Below are positions 1 through 8,751 of a stretch of 64,000 nt of DNA, piece by piece. Source of the DNA: Chthoniobacterales bacterium (GTDB lineage Bacteria; Verrucomicrobiota; Verrucomicrobiia; Chthoniobacterales; JACTMZ01); assembly GCA_014879535.1 (NCBI GenBank), contig JACSRX010000052.1, forward strand, positions 58,334-122,333, given 5' to 3'. The notes beneath the pieces are model-generated. The model was given only the letters and a program-made list of their open reading frames with translations, did not search any database and was not told the DNA's origin. How positions within the stretch are numbered: position 1 is the stretch's first letter; every line of letters begins with the position of its first letter. Made by a program: the position numbers and the translations under genes.

Positions 1-1
1 G

Positions 2-145
2 CCACGCGGGAGGCGCGGCGGCTACGTTTTCGACGAGGCGACATTCCGCCACTGGCTGATCCGTCGCCGCCTCAAGACCGGCAATCCCATTTCCCGCGCC
101 CGCGCCCGTCGGCAGTTGGAAGCGTTCACTTGGGGCACGCCATAG
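2..145 (+). CDS. 3' end of an ORF truncated by the window edge; hypothetical, with a weak excisionase/MerR-type HTH-like C-terminus
   Basis: The frame is open from the window edge to TAG at 143-145. The translation reads ...GGYVFDEATFRHWLIRRRLKTGNPISRARARRQLEAFTWGTP. It is absent from the ORF track because no start codon lies in the window. Confidence 0.3.
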   Translation, partial: PRGRRGGYVFDEATFRHWLIRRRLKTGNPISRARARRQLEAFTWGTP

Positions 146-203
146 CGCAAAAAAACCGCCGCCCCGGTTTCCCAAGGCGACGGGTGCGGTGTCTCGCGTG
201 CTC

Positions 204-485
204 TCAGGCCACGAGGGGCCGGTGCTCCCTCAAGTGATACTCCATAGTGGCGTGTGGATCACAGCGAATGTCGAAGTTTGCCGCCTTGCGGAATATCCGC
301 ATGGCTTTTGTGCGTCCGCCGATGTTGCGATCGGCGATTTCAAGCTCGCAGACGCGGCCACCGTGGAGGTCGTCGAGGTATTCTCCAAGAATCCGGTTTG
401 CGAAGGCTTCCGGTGTCGTTTCGAGAATCTCCGCGATGACGAGGAGCCTCTTTTCGTTGGTCGGGGTGATTTTGAATGTTTTCAT
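204..485 (-). CDS. Hypothetical protein, ribbon-helix-helix-like N-terminus
   Basis: 93-aa ORF. KTFKITPTNEKRLLVIAEILETTPEAFANRILGEYL fits a beta-alpha-alpha RHH pattern. It is the last gene of the co-directional block. Confidence 0.5.
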   Translation of the reverse strand: MKTFKITPTNEKRLLVIAEILETTPEAFANRILGEYLDDLHGGRVCELEIADRNIGGRTKAMRIFRKAANFDIRCDPHATMEYHLREHRPLVA

Positions 486-489
486 GGCG

Positions 490-846
490 CTATTCGGCTT
501 CCTTGAGGCTAAGATTTTGGAACACCGGCAAAATCATCTTTGCCAGTTTTGGGGCCGAGATATCGGTGTTGTGGCATTGGTTGATTGCCAGCGCCCATGC
601 GAACGCCTGATTTCCGGGGTCGTCGTAGTCGTCGTCGGGGCTCACTCCGGTAACCGTGGCCATCAGCGCGTGTCGGCCGAGGATGCCGGGTTTCAGCCGT
701 GCGGCGTGCTCCATGGCGGCAAGTGCCATCATGCTGGACATTCCAGCGACCATGTAATCATCAAGAGACGGTCTTGCGACCGTCGGGGTTTTTGTAGTGC
801 TCATGTGTTGGTAATCAAAAAGTCCAGCCCCCGCGAAGGCTGACAC
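490..846 (-). CDS. Hypothetical protein (element-borne)
   Basis: 118-aa ORF on the same strand as the block, with protein-like composition. The plus-strand ORFs here are P/R/S-rich shadow frames. Confidence 0.5.
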   Translation of the reverse strand: MSAFAGAGLFDYQHMSTTKTPTVARPSLDDYMVAGMSSMMALAAMEHAARLKPGILGRHALMATVTGVSPDDDYDDPGNQAFAWALAINQCHNTDISAPKLAKMILPVFQNLSLKEAE

Positions 847-1011
847 CTTGTCGCGCCGGAGATGAAGCCGACGCTATCGCAGAAGCTGGACTTGATTGGT
901 TTTGTTTCGCCGCTCCGGGTCATTACTCCGGGCTTTACCAACTGGCGGTTGCCGTGTCAGCGGCAACGCAGTCACAGTGCGCTCGCCCCCTCGTGACCGC
1001 AAGACGAATTC

Positions 1012-1212
1012 TCAGTTTTTCAACAGGGCCGAGATGGCCAGCTTCCCCCTGATGGCCAGCAAAACGCACAAGGTCTTGTAGAGATCAAGTTCATGCGGTG
1101 CCAGCCGGGTCTTGGACGCGGCGACGGGCTCGACAAGGCGTTTGTGGAGGTCAAACCAGAGGTCCGCCGCAAGCTCTGTGTCGATGTAGTTGTCGCCCGG
1201 AGCGCCCATCAC
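1012..1212 (-). CDS. Hypothetical small protein
   Basis: 66-aa ORF. Its ATG overlaps the stop of the upstream 593-aa gene (ATGA at 1209-1212). Confidence 0.5.
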   Translation of the reverse strand: MMGAPGDNYIDTELAADLWFDLHKRLVEPVAASKTRLAPHELDLYKTLCVLLAIRGKLAISALLKN

Positions 1213-2990
1213 TCGCCCCCGCTGCTCCAGCCTTCTAAAATTTGATGAATTCGAGTAAGCGCCATTGCCGCCGAGACGGGTGGTTGATCCTTCTTTGAAG
1301 CCGTCGTGCGGTTGGCATCATCGGCCAGCCCCTCACGTTTCCTCTTGCGCTCACCTTCGCCGAGGCGGTGATTCATCTCGCGTGAGGCCTGCTGCCCCCC
1401 AAGGTTCGTGTTCCGAACGAAAAATGAATCAACCGCGTTGTCCCGCCCGAGTCCTCCGCGATGCTCGCGTGTAAATGCGTTCCCGGTCTTTGGGTCAATG
1501 TTCACCCGCCGCCCGCTCAAGAGGTCGAGCCCGCCCGTAATGCGGCCCTGCATGTCGCGCTTGGTGTTCACGAGATACCCGTCTCGCTCGTAACGGTCCA
1601 AGGCGCGATTAACCTTCTTGGCCTGCTTCTGCTGTTCGCGGAGGTCGTTTTTGATCTCGCGGGATGACTTCAAGCTGCCGTTGGGGTTTGTGATGATGCC
1701 CCGCATCTGCTCGCGGTCGTCGATGCCGCCGCCTTTCTGAAGTTGCTGCGCCAATGCGCTGTTCCCCTCGCGCAAGGCCCTCGTGATGGCGGCTTGCTGG
1801 TCTGCCCTGCGCTTGGTGACTTCGGCAAGCCGTTCCTCGCCGTTCAGCGCCTGCACCCGTGCGCGTTGGTCGGCTTCGATGGCGGCCATTGTGTCCCCCT
1901 TCGCCCGCTTCACGTCACGTTCCCATCGCGCGAGTTCCGACTGTGCAACGCGGAGCATGTTCCGCGCGGATTCCGCATCAGCGGCGAGCCCCTTGTCGCC
2001 GGGCTGTGCGTTTGATGCCGCCTCGGCGACCTCGAAATTGCTGCGAGCAGCTTCTACTCGGAGTTGTCCGGATGCCCGTTGCGCCTGCTCCTCTGGAAGC
2101 GTGACGCCAAGCTCCGAAATTCCTGCCGCCATGCTGCCAATGCGGGCGTGCTCGTCTCGGGCAAAAGCGCGAACGCCTTGTTGCGCTTCGGCGGAAGCAA
2201 TCTGCGCCTCCTTCTCAAGCTTCAACTGCGCCTGAAGTTTTAAATTCCTCTGCGAGATGGCCGCTTGAATCTTCTCGGCGTAGTCGGCTTCTATTTTCAT
2301 TATCTCGGCGGACTCTTTGCCGCCGCGAAGCCTCTCCGCTTCGATGGCCCAAATCTGCTTTTGCTTTTCGGCAACTCTATCAAGCGCCTTTTGCTCCGCC
2401 TCTCGCAATGCGTCCTCTCGCTCCGCCGGAGACATCACGCGGATTTTACTCCCGCTGATGGCCGATCCCGTCCGGGCGAATGCCTGCGACAGTTCGCTTC
2501 CCGCCGTCTTGAAGTAGTTCCGCGACGTTCCCTCAAGCTCCTTTTGATTCTCCTCGCGGGCCTTCTTGATGGAGTCGAGAGCGGATTCCAGTTCTCCGAG
2601 ACTTCGATTTTGCGCGCCCCCCAAGCTTCCGCGCTCGATGCGGCGCAACTCCTGATCAAATTCTGAGGCGCTCGCCGTAGCGTCGTAAATCCCCTTGCCG
2701 ATGGCTGCCACAAGCCCGATGACACCGGCAATCTTGAGCCCGGCCCCGATCTTGGACAGCCCAAGGTCAAGCGCCCCGGAAAGGCTGGTCACGCGGGACA
2801 AGTCCCCGGCAATACCGTCGAGGTCGCCCTTGATCTTTGCCTTTCCCTTGAGTCCTTGCGCTCCGGTCTTGTCCAGTTCGGCGTTGACCTTCCGCGTGGA
2901 ATCCTTGGCCTTCTGCTCGGTGTCGTTCAGGACGGCGACGAAACCCTTGTTGTTCCCGCCGATTCCAAATTCGATGGCTTCGCCGCTCAT
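1209..2990 (-). CDS. Coiled-coil protein, tape-measure-like (function uncertain)
   Basis: 593 aa. It has a Gly-rich hydrophobic segment (LGLSKIGAGLKIAGVIGLVAAIGKGIY) followed by about 350 aa of A/E/Q/R-rich heptad-like sequence. This composition is typical of phage tail tape-measure proteins, but no diagnostic motif was seen. Confidence 0.55.
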   Translation of the reverse strand: MSGEAIEFGIGGNNKGFVAVLNDTEQKAKDSTRKVNAELDKTGAQGLKGKAKIKGDLDGIAGDLSRVTSLSGALDLGLSKIGAGLKIAGVIGLVAAIGKGIYDATASASEFDQELRRIERGSLGGAQNRSLGELESALDSIKKAREENQKELEGTSRNYFKTAGSELSQAFARTGSAISGSKIRVMSPAEREDALREAEQKALDRVAEKQKQIWAIEAERLRGGKESAEIMKIEADYAEKIQAAISQRNLKLQAQLKLEKEAQIASAEAQQGVRAFARDEHARIGSMAAGISELGVTLPEEQAQRASGQLRVEAARSNFEVAEAASNAQPGDKGLAADAESARNMLRVAQSELARWERDVKRAKGDTMAAIEADQRARVQALNGEERLAEVTKRRADQQAAITRALREGNSALAQQLQKGGGIDDREQMRGIITNPNGSLKSSREIKNDLREQQKQAKKVNRALDRYERDGYLVNTKRDMQGRITGGLDLLSGRRVNIDPKTGNAFTREHRGGLGRDNAVDSFFVRNTNLGGQQASREMNHRLGEGERKRKREGLADDANRTTASKKDQPPVSAAMALTRIHQILEGWSSGGE

Positions 2991-3136
2991 AGCTTAAAAA
3001 GTTCCCGGAGTCTTGGGGCGTGCCGGGTCACGCGAAGACGCGCCCCCCAAGACAGGGGCTCCAACTTGTGCGCGGCCGGTCGGAGCGGCTTTTCCCCTCA
3101 CGCACGAGGTCACCACACGTCCAAGCATGGCAAATT

Positions 3137-3715
3137 TCATCGAAAAACCTCCGGGACGGCGCGCTCTGACGCCTCGTCTCCGTCGAGAATCCTTGAGGTC
3201 ACAGAAACGGCGGCCGCCCATGTGCCCAACATCGCAACATCGATGAGCGCAACCAAAGAGCTTGTCCTCACCGAGACGACTTTTTCGATTCCCAGGGCTT
3301 CCGCGCTGGCGGCGTCCTCGGCCTCTGATGCAGAACGCATCGGGTGCAGAAGATCCACGACAGCCTGACAAAGTTGGTTGGCCGTCTGTCGCATCTCGGG
3401 ATGGCGGCGTTTGATCGGACCATCGAAAAGTTCATCACGGGTCCAGTAGCGCACTGGCGAGGCATCAAGTGCGAGCGTCTCAACGCGAATCGCCGCCAGC
3501 GCCCTCATGGTATCCATGCCGGGGAAATTTTGGGCGTTCGCGGTGGCAGCAAGTGCGCGTTGTTCGAGGTCCTGCCGGTGGGCGATCACCTTCGCCACAC
3601 CAGCCCCGTAAGCGTCGGCCTCGACAACGATGTCTCGAACCTGCTTGGCGAGGTTGCGGATTTCCGGCGTGGCAATTTCATCCAGCCGGATCACGGTGTT
3701 TTGCTGCGCGATCAC
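3137..3715 (-). CDS. Hypothetical protein (element-borne)
   Basis: This is the C-terminal 192 codons of the 383-aa track ORF. A GTG at 3715 overlaps the stop of the upstream gene (GTGA). The upstream part of the long ORF is P/R/S-rich junk and is overlapped by better ORFs. Confidence 0.55.
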   Translation of the reverse strand: MIAQQNTVIRLDEIATPEIRNLAKQVRDIVVEADAYGAGVAKVIAHRQDLEQRALAATANAQNFPGMDTMRALAAIRVETLALDASPVRYWTRDELFDGPIKRRHPEMRQTANQLCQAVVDLLHPMRSASEAEDAASAEALGIEKVVSVRTSSLVALIDVAMLGTWAAAVSVTSRILDGDEASERAVPEVFR

Positions 3716-3957
3716 TGTTTGATGAACTGGGCGTGAAACTCGTCCTCTGAGCCTTGCCAGAAGTATGCGGAGTTTTTCGCGCTGTGCGTGCGGAAGTAAC
3801 CGTCCGGCTCGTGAACAGCGAGAACGTAGGGCAGCCCATCCTTGCGGTTGATCCATGTTCCGTGCGTGAAGGTTTCGTCCGGCGGAGGATTCGCACGCGG
3901 ATCGTCGGGAAGTTCGATTTTGACGGGGTTGACTTGTGGGATTTCGATGGCTGGCAT
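3712..3957 (-). CDS. Hypothetical small protein
   Basis: 81-aa ORF with balanced composition (…HGTWINRKDGLPYVLAVHEPDGYFRTH…), on the same strand as the block. Confidence 0.55.
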   Translation of the reverse strand: MPAIEIPQVNPVKIELPDDPRANPPPDETFTHGTWINRKDGLPYVLAVHEPDGYFRTHSAKNSAYFWQGSEDEFHAQFIKQ

Positions 3958-3968
3958 GGTGTGTGTGG

Positions 3969-4301
3969 TTAAAATCGGAGCGCCTCTCGGGCGGCGTTGT
4001 AAATCCGTGGGCTATCGGCGGCCATTTTGGCGAGTCGGGCCGCTCGCTTCTCGGGCGGCACGGAAAGCATGATTTTGTCATACAGGGCCACGTCAGCGTT
4101 AGGCGCGGCGGATGGCCTCGCGGCGCTTGTCGGTGGGGCAATGAAGCTCTCGCGGTATGCGCCATAGAGTTTCGGATTCCTTGATACCGCCGCGAGGATG
4201 GGATTGACGCATCCCTCTGATTCACACTTGCGGACAAGAGCCTCGAATTCGTTGGCAGCAGACGAGCCCGCGGAGGGCTTTGGGACAAATGCTTTAGTCA
4301 T
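3969..4301 (-). CDS. Hypothetical protein
   Basis: 110-aa ORF with protein-like composition, on the same strand as the block. Confidence 0.55.
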   Translation of the reverse strand: MTKAFVPKPSAGSSAANEFEALVRKCESEGCVNPILAAVSRNPKLYGAYRESFIAPPTSAARPSAAPNADVALYDKIMLSVPPEKRAARLAKMAADSPRIYNAAREALRF

Positions 4302-4357
4302 ACTAATACACCGCCGCCTTGCAAAATCCGCTCGGCAAAAGTCCGTGGATCAAGCAT

Positions 4358-4798
4358 TCAAGCGGCCTTGCGGGCGAAATGCCTTTTTGCATTTTTGCGG
4401 ATGCGGGAGATTGTCGCCGCGTCACAGCGGGCGATCCGTGCGGCTCTCTCAACGGTCACCTGTGCCGCGACGATCAAAGAGGCGGTGGCAGCGGCCCGTC
4501 GCGCAATGGCCGAGGGGGTCATCGGGCCTCCGCTCAGGACGAAATTCAAGAGGTCCGCGGGAGCCTCGACAACGGGATGGTGCTGGTCGTGAGTCCCGTA
4601 ATCTACGACTTCGACTGCGCCTTCATGTCCGACCGTGGGCACAACCTGCCCCGCCCCATCGAAAGCGGCCCCATCGCGGAGGCGGCCGGACGGACGGCGG
4701 ATGTTCTCGAACATGGCCGCCCCCTCGTCTTCGCCGAACCTCTCGCGCAACCGGCGAGCGAGACTCCGGCGTTTCCGCTGGCGTTCGATGCGCGTCAT
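4358..4798 (-). CDS. Putative DNA-binding protein (C-terminal helix-turn-helix)
   Basis: The start is taken at the internal ATG (MTRIERQRKRR) because it forms an ATGA overlap with the upstream stop at 4795-4798. The C-terminal VTVERAARIARCDAATISRIRKN is HTH-like. Confidence 0.5.
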   Translation of the reverse strand: MTRIERQRKRRSLARRLRERFGEDEGAAMFENIRRPSGRLRDGAAFDGAGQVVPTVGHEGAVEVVDYGTHDQHHPVVEAPADLLNFVLSGGPMTPSAIARRAAATASLIVAAQVTVERAARIARCDAATISRIRKNAKRHFARKAA

Positions 4799-5283
4799 TG
4801 CTGATAGCACTTCCCCATCGCATTGTTGAGATTGCGACAAATCGCATCAATCAAGGCATCAACCCGCCGCTCTATCTCGACGGCCTTCATGCCCTCCCAT
4901 GTCGGGCAATCGGCTTTGAACCGCATGAGTTCGCTTCGAGTCGCGCTGCCGATGCGTCGGCCCTGCTCTCGAATGCTGTCGTTGTGGGTGTAGTTCCCGC
5001 GTTCTACGTCCAACCGAAAGCGGGCGCTCTCAATGTCAATGCAGAGCTTTTGCAGCTTGGCGGCCTGAAGGTCTGTGGGCGGCTCCATCCCGCTCACGCG
5101 TTGTTGACCGGCGAGGGCGTCGAGAAGCTTCTCGCGGTCGTCAAGAGGATAGCCTTTCTCCCGCCACATCCGAACGGATTTCACCGAGACGGTGAAGCCA
5201 AGTTGTTTCGTGAGTTTCCGCGCCAGAGAAGCCAAGCTGTCTTGCTTCGCTGGGCGGCCGGTGGGTTTTGCTGCGATGGTCAT
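4795..5283 (-). CDS. Terminase small subunit candidate (Nu1-like)
   Basis: 162 aa. It has an N-terminal HTH-like stretch (PTGRPAKQDSLASLARKL…SVKSVRMWREKGYPL) followed by a coiled segment (LQAAKLQKLCIDIESARFRLDVERGNY). This resembles the organisation of Nu1/TerS. The call rests on pattern only. Confidence 0.45.
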   Translation of the reverse strand: MTIAAKPTGRPAKQDSLASLARKLTKQLGFTVSVKSVRMWREKGYPLDDREKLLDALAGQQRVSGMEPPTDLQAAKLQKLCIDIESARFRLDVERGNYTHNDSIREQGRRIGSATRSELMRFKADCPTWEGMKAVEIERRVDALIDAICRNLNNAMGKCYQQ

Positions 5284-5424
5284 AGATAATTTCGTGCCCT
5301 AGTTTTTTTACCCGAATCGACGCAGAAAGAGGTCGTCTGTTCGTTCACCTGAATGCCAATGGGCGCGGTGATAGCTTCCTTAGTGGGGTATCCCCCTCCA
5401 TCTCCCGCCCTTCCTGATGCCGTT

Positions 5425-5871
5425 TCATGGCTTCAAAGCCTCGTGTTGGCGCTCGATGTCGCGCACCTGTGCTGCCATCGCCCGGAATGCGATTTGTGCA
5501 GCGGCTCCGACGCCCCCTGCGAAGATGAACGGGCAATACCTCACCGACCACGCGGCAACGCTGCCGAATATGGCGCTGAGGCGAAGTCCTGGGGATGTCC
5601 GGCACACGGTTTCGAGGTCGGCCTCGATGACAACGATGAACCGCCCGACATATCGGCTGCGCTTTAGCTCCCTCTCGAAACGCTCTCGCTCCTTACCGAT
5701 GCACCCGCAGAAGTCGGAGGCGGTCTTGCGTTCGATGACAACGCCCGCGGGCAACCGGGCAATGGCGAGGTCACCGGTTTCCAGCGTTCCACGCTCCATG
5801 TGCCAGCCCTCGGGCAGAAACTCCTGCCACGGATGCGGCCACGGCTCTCTGGTGTCGCAAAGGATTTTCAT
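5425..5871 (-). CDS. ERCC4-type (XPF/Mus81-like) nuclease domain protein
   Basis: MKILCDTRE…ETGDLAI…VVIERKTASDF matches the ERCC4 GDx(n)ERKxxxD signature. The ATG at 5871 overlaps the upstream stop (ATGA). Confidence 0.7.
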   Translation of the reverse strand: MKILCDTREPWPHPWQEFLPEGWHMERGTLETGDLAIARLPAGVVIERKTASDFCGCIGKERERFERELKRSRYVGRFIVVIEADLETVCRTSPGLRLSAIFGSVAAWSVRYCPFIFAGGVGAAAQIAFRAMAAQVRDIERQHEALKP

Positions 5872-6203
5872 CCGTCCTTCCGCCCCTCCCATTCAGAGCG
5901 GTATCGCTCGCACCTGAAGGCCACGCTCGGCGCAACGGAGAAATCGCCGTCGAAGCCTGCGTGCGGGTGCTGCTTCCACCATTCTGTGAATCCATCGGGA
6001 ATCGCCACCTTCTCGGTGACCGCCTTCTTCGATGACCGCTTCGGGAATCCTCCGTTGTCTTTCATCCGGGCGAGATACCGACGCCAGCCTTCTTCTGTCT
6101 GTGGCCAGCCCTTTGACTCACTCAATTCCATCCATGCTTGGAGCATCGCGGACAGATCGGCGTCTTGGCCGTGCAGTTGGAGCGTGAGGGCAAATGCGTT
6201 CAT
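5868..6203 (-). CDS. Hypothetical protein
   Basis: 111-aa ORF with ATGA overlaps at both ends (6200-6203 and 5868-5871). Confidence 0.55.
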   Translation of the reverse strand: MNAFALTLQLHGQDADLSAMLQAWMELSESKGWPQTEEGWRRYLARMKDNGGFPKRSSKKAVTEKVAIPDGFTEWWKQHPHAGFDGDFSVAPSVAFRCERYRSEWEGRKDG

Positions 6204-6739
6204 TCGGCACCTCCTGCAGGAACCTTATTCTTAGAATGGATTAGAGATTTCTTAGAGACTTCTTGGGAATTCTCGGCCCTTGTAGGAATTTCCGTCACGG
6301 GACGAACGTCCGTTTCGGGTGTTCCTCCAAATTGGTGCAACGTGTAGAGGCTTGGGGCTCGCTCATTTGAACCTTTGACGGTTTGGCTCTTTACGGTGCA
6401 TAGACCAGCGGCAACCAAAAGGTCGATTGCCTCGGCCGTGTGCCTATAGGAGAAGTCCATATCGCGCCCGATAGACGAGATGGCTCTCGTGAAAGTTCGT
6501 GACCGCTCCAAGTTGGCGATCCGCTCAAGGGTCACCAGTGCGGCCTTTGCCTTTCGGCGTGCGCCCTGACGGTCGAATGTTCTTTCGATGATCCGAAGTT
6601 GTTCCTCGTGAATGGGGAACCATCCGGCATGGACCTTGACACCATCCGTTGAATGTGTAGCCTGTGCTACAACTTCGCCTCTCCCGGTGAATGTGGGCGT
6701 CCCTGACCGGACGCCTTTTTCTTTTGGGGGAGAGGTCAT
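6200..6739 (-). CDS. Hypothetical protein, possible winged-helix replication/regulatory protein
   Basis: The start is taken at the internal ATG (MTSPPKEKG), which gives an ATGA overlap with the excisionase-like gene. The central LVTLERIANLERSRTFTRAISSIGRDMDFSYRHTAEAIDLLVAAGL is wHTH-like (weak). Confidence 0.5.
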   Translation of the reverse strand: MTSPPKEKGVRSGTPTFTGRGEVVAQATHSTDGVKVHAGWFPIHEEQLRIIERTFDRQGARRKAKAALVTLERIANLERSRTFTRAISSIGRDMDFSYRHTAEAIDLLVAAGLCTVKSQTVKGSNERAPSLYTLHQFGGTPETDVRPVTEIPTRAENSQEVSKKSLIHSKNKVPAGGAE

Positions 6740-6930
6740 TTCGCAATCTCCGTGCGCGAGGCGATGAACGCCTCCACGGCGGCGCGAGGAATGCGGCACA
6801 CCTTGTAGGAAAGCCGCACCTTGGGCAGCTTCCGGCGGGCCAGAAGTTGATTGATGAAGCTAACGGAAACCGGCTTTTCTCCGCCGATCATTTCCGCTGC
6901 TTGTTGCTTCGTGATGAGATTGGCACTCAT
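6736..6930 (-). CDS. Excisionase / AlpA-family helix-turn-helix DNA-binding protein
   Basis: 64 aa. LITKQQAAEMIGG…VSFINQLLARRKLPKVRLSYKVCRIPRAAVEAFI is typical of small MerR-superfamily excisionases. It lies two genes from the integrase. Confidence 0.65.
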   Translation of the reverse strand: MSANLITKQQAAEMIGGEKPVSVSFINQLLARRKLPKVRLSYKVCRIPRAAVEAFIASRTEIAK

Positions 6931-7000
6931 GGTGCCAATTCATTTATACGAATTCGTCCGCAAGCATCAGGGCAGTAAATCGAATTTCTGCCCTCTGCGG

Positions 7001-7459
7001 TTAGTATCCAATCGTCCGGAGGATGCGACGGATGGCCCGCGGATCGTAACCGCCTTGGACCGGCCTCCACGCGCGGTCTAAAGCTGCAGCAACGTTCTCA
7101 CCCGTTGGTTTTTCCCCTCGCTCCTCGATTATTTCAGCATGAAGTCGCACGGCGAAGGCCAGGGGATCATTTATGGCTCCCGTTTTTCTGAGTTCTGCCA
7201 TTCGCGCGAACGAGTTCAGGAAGTCAGCGTCATTTTCGGCCACCGCTTGAAACAGTCGGTCTACCACAATCTTCTTGAGCTTCCTCCATGCTTGGAATTT
7301 TTCCGGGTGCTTGTTCGCAAAGTCGATTGAATCGTAGAGCGCCGCAGCGTCAGGACGAATGTCGCCAAGGGCCAGCATGCCCAGAACGTTGTCGCTTGAT
7401 GCGGCCTTTGCTCTCGTAGATGGCCGCCCGCGTTTCTTCGGCTTGGATGTCGCTTTCAT
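7001..7459 (-). CDS. Hypothetical protein
   Basis: The start is taken at the internal ATG (MKATSKPKKRGRP), downstream of the integrase stop at 7479. The longer track ORF would overlap the integrase. Confidence 0.5.
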   Translation of the reverse strand: MKATSKPKKRGRPSTRAKAASSDNVLGMLALGDIRPDAAALYDSIDFANKHPEKFQAWRKLKKIVVDRLFQAVAENDADFLNSFARMAELRKTGAINDPLAFAVRLHAEIIEERGEKPTGENVAAALDRAWRPVQGGYDPRAIRRILRTIGY

Positions 7460-7478
7460 GTGAGACTCTCCGGGATGT

Positions 7479-8642
7479 TCACCCCGCGACCTTCTTGAAC
7501 GCCACAATCTTCCCGCCGCGCTTCCGCTTGGGAACAATGCCCCAGAACGCAGCGGCCTCCCGCTTGGTCGCCGCCTTGGCGTAGTGCTTGAAAGTCATGT
7601 CCGGGCTCTCGTGGCCCAACGCGAGGCACAGGCGGTCAACGTCTCCATGTTCGGCGAGCCAATACGAGGCGAACGCATGGCGCGGGCCGTGTTTGATCAC
7701 CGGCACCTTGTGCGCGCCTGCAAGGGCGTGCATGCGCTTGTGAAGCACATTAGGCGAGCAAGGAGCCACGTTGCCGGTAGTTCGGACAAAAGGCGAAAGC
7801 CATGCTACGGCATTTTCTGAAAGGTCAACGTGCCGCGTGCGCTTCGTTTTGGTGATCGCTGCCGGGAGCTTGAGGAACCGTTCCTCGATCTTGATTGCGC
7901 TCCAGTCGAGCCGCTGCACCTCGGACAATCGAATGCCGCAGAAAAACAGGATGGCCAGCACTGGAACAAGATCGGGCTGATGCTCTGCGGCCGTGTGCAT
8001 GATCGTTGCCACATCCCTTGGGGAATAGACGGCAATCTCCTTCGGCTCCCGCTGCGCCATATCCACGCGCCTGCAAGGGTTCTCTGCGCACCAGCCGCGC
8101 TTGATACCGAGCATGAAAAGTCCTCCAAGGATTCTGATAGTAAGATTGCGAACGGACGGCTTCATGCCCGCGATGGCGTCCTCGATTGCTGCCGGGGGGA
8201 TCGTGTTGAGCTTCTGGCCATGCAATGCCACGAGGCGGTTTCTCGTCTGACGCAGGCTCCGGGCGTAGCTGGGGCTTCGGCGGCCGGTGTTCTGGAAAGC
8301 CTCGAATGCCTGCTCAAACGTCACGCTCGCCTCGCTGGCCTGCTTCCGGGAGATCCAATCATGGACAACCTCGTTGAGCGTTACGCCGTAGGGCTTCAAC
8401 AGCGCAAGAGCGTTCGCCGCCTGATCTTGGTTCGCTGGCGTCAGCAGAGCAGAGCCGGAAACGCCAAAGTTCCGAAGTCGTGTGCGCTGTTCCTCGCAGT
8501 AGTTCTCCGCGTCCTTCCGCGTCTCAAAAAAGTGGCGCTGGCGCTTGCCTCCAATCGAAAGACTCGCGGGAACCTCGACCTTCCATTGACGGCTTCCAGC
8601 CCACGATGCGCGCAACGGGGTGAGCTTGGGTTTTTTGGGCAT
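7479..8642 (-). CDS. Tyrosine-type site-specific integrase
   Basis: 387 aa. The catalytic-domain signature is visible: GIRLSE (Arg), HGPRHAFAS (R-H), LGH and the terminal HY (Tyr nucleophile region). Confidence 0.9.
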   Translation of the reverse strand: MPKKPKLTPLRASWAGSRQWKVEVPASLSIGGKRQRHFFETRKDAENYCEEQRTRLRNFGVSGSALLTPANQDQAANALALLKPYGVTLNEVVHDWISRKQASEASVTFEQAFEAFQNTGRRSPSYARSLRQTRNRLVALHGQKLNTIPPAAIEDAIAGMKPSVRNLTIRILGGLFMLGIKRGWCAENPCRRVDMAQREPKEIAVYSPRDVATIMHTAAEHQPDLVPVLAILFFCGIRLSEVQRLDWSAIKIEERFLKLPAAITKTKRTRHVDLSENAVAWLSPFVRTTGNVAPCSPNVLHKRMHALAGAHKVPVIKHGPRHAFASYWLAEHGDVDRLCLALGHESPDMTFKHYAKAATKREAAAFWGIVPKRKRGGKIVAFKKVAG

Positions 8643-8751
8643 GGGGCATTCATTGCCTCATATTGCCCATAACACAAGCACGAATGTGCATGATTGAAAA
8701 TAAATAGGCCTGCATTTATCAGTGTTCGCGGGCTTTGAACCTGTGCGGGGT

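Noticed and set aside
3137-4288. 383-aa minus-strand ORF treated as one protein
   Set aside because: Its N-terminal ~190 aa are P/R/S-rich low-complexity sequence. They are overlapped in other frames by two compact, protein-like ORFs (3712-3957, 3969-4301). Only the part downstream of the GTG at 3715, which overlaps the upstream stop as GTGA, was kept.
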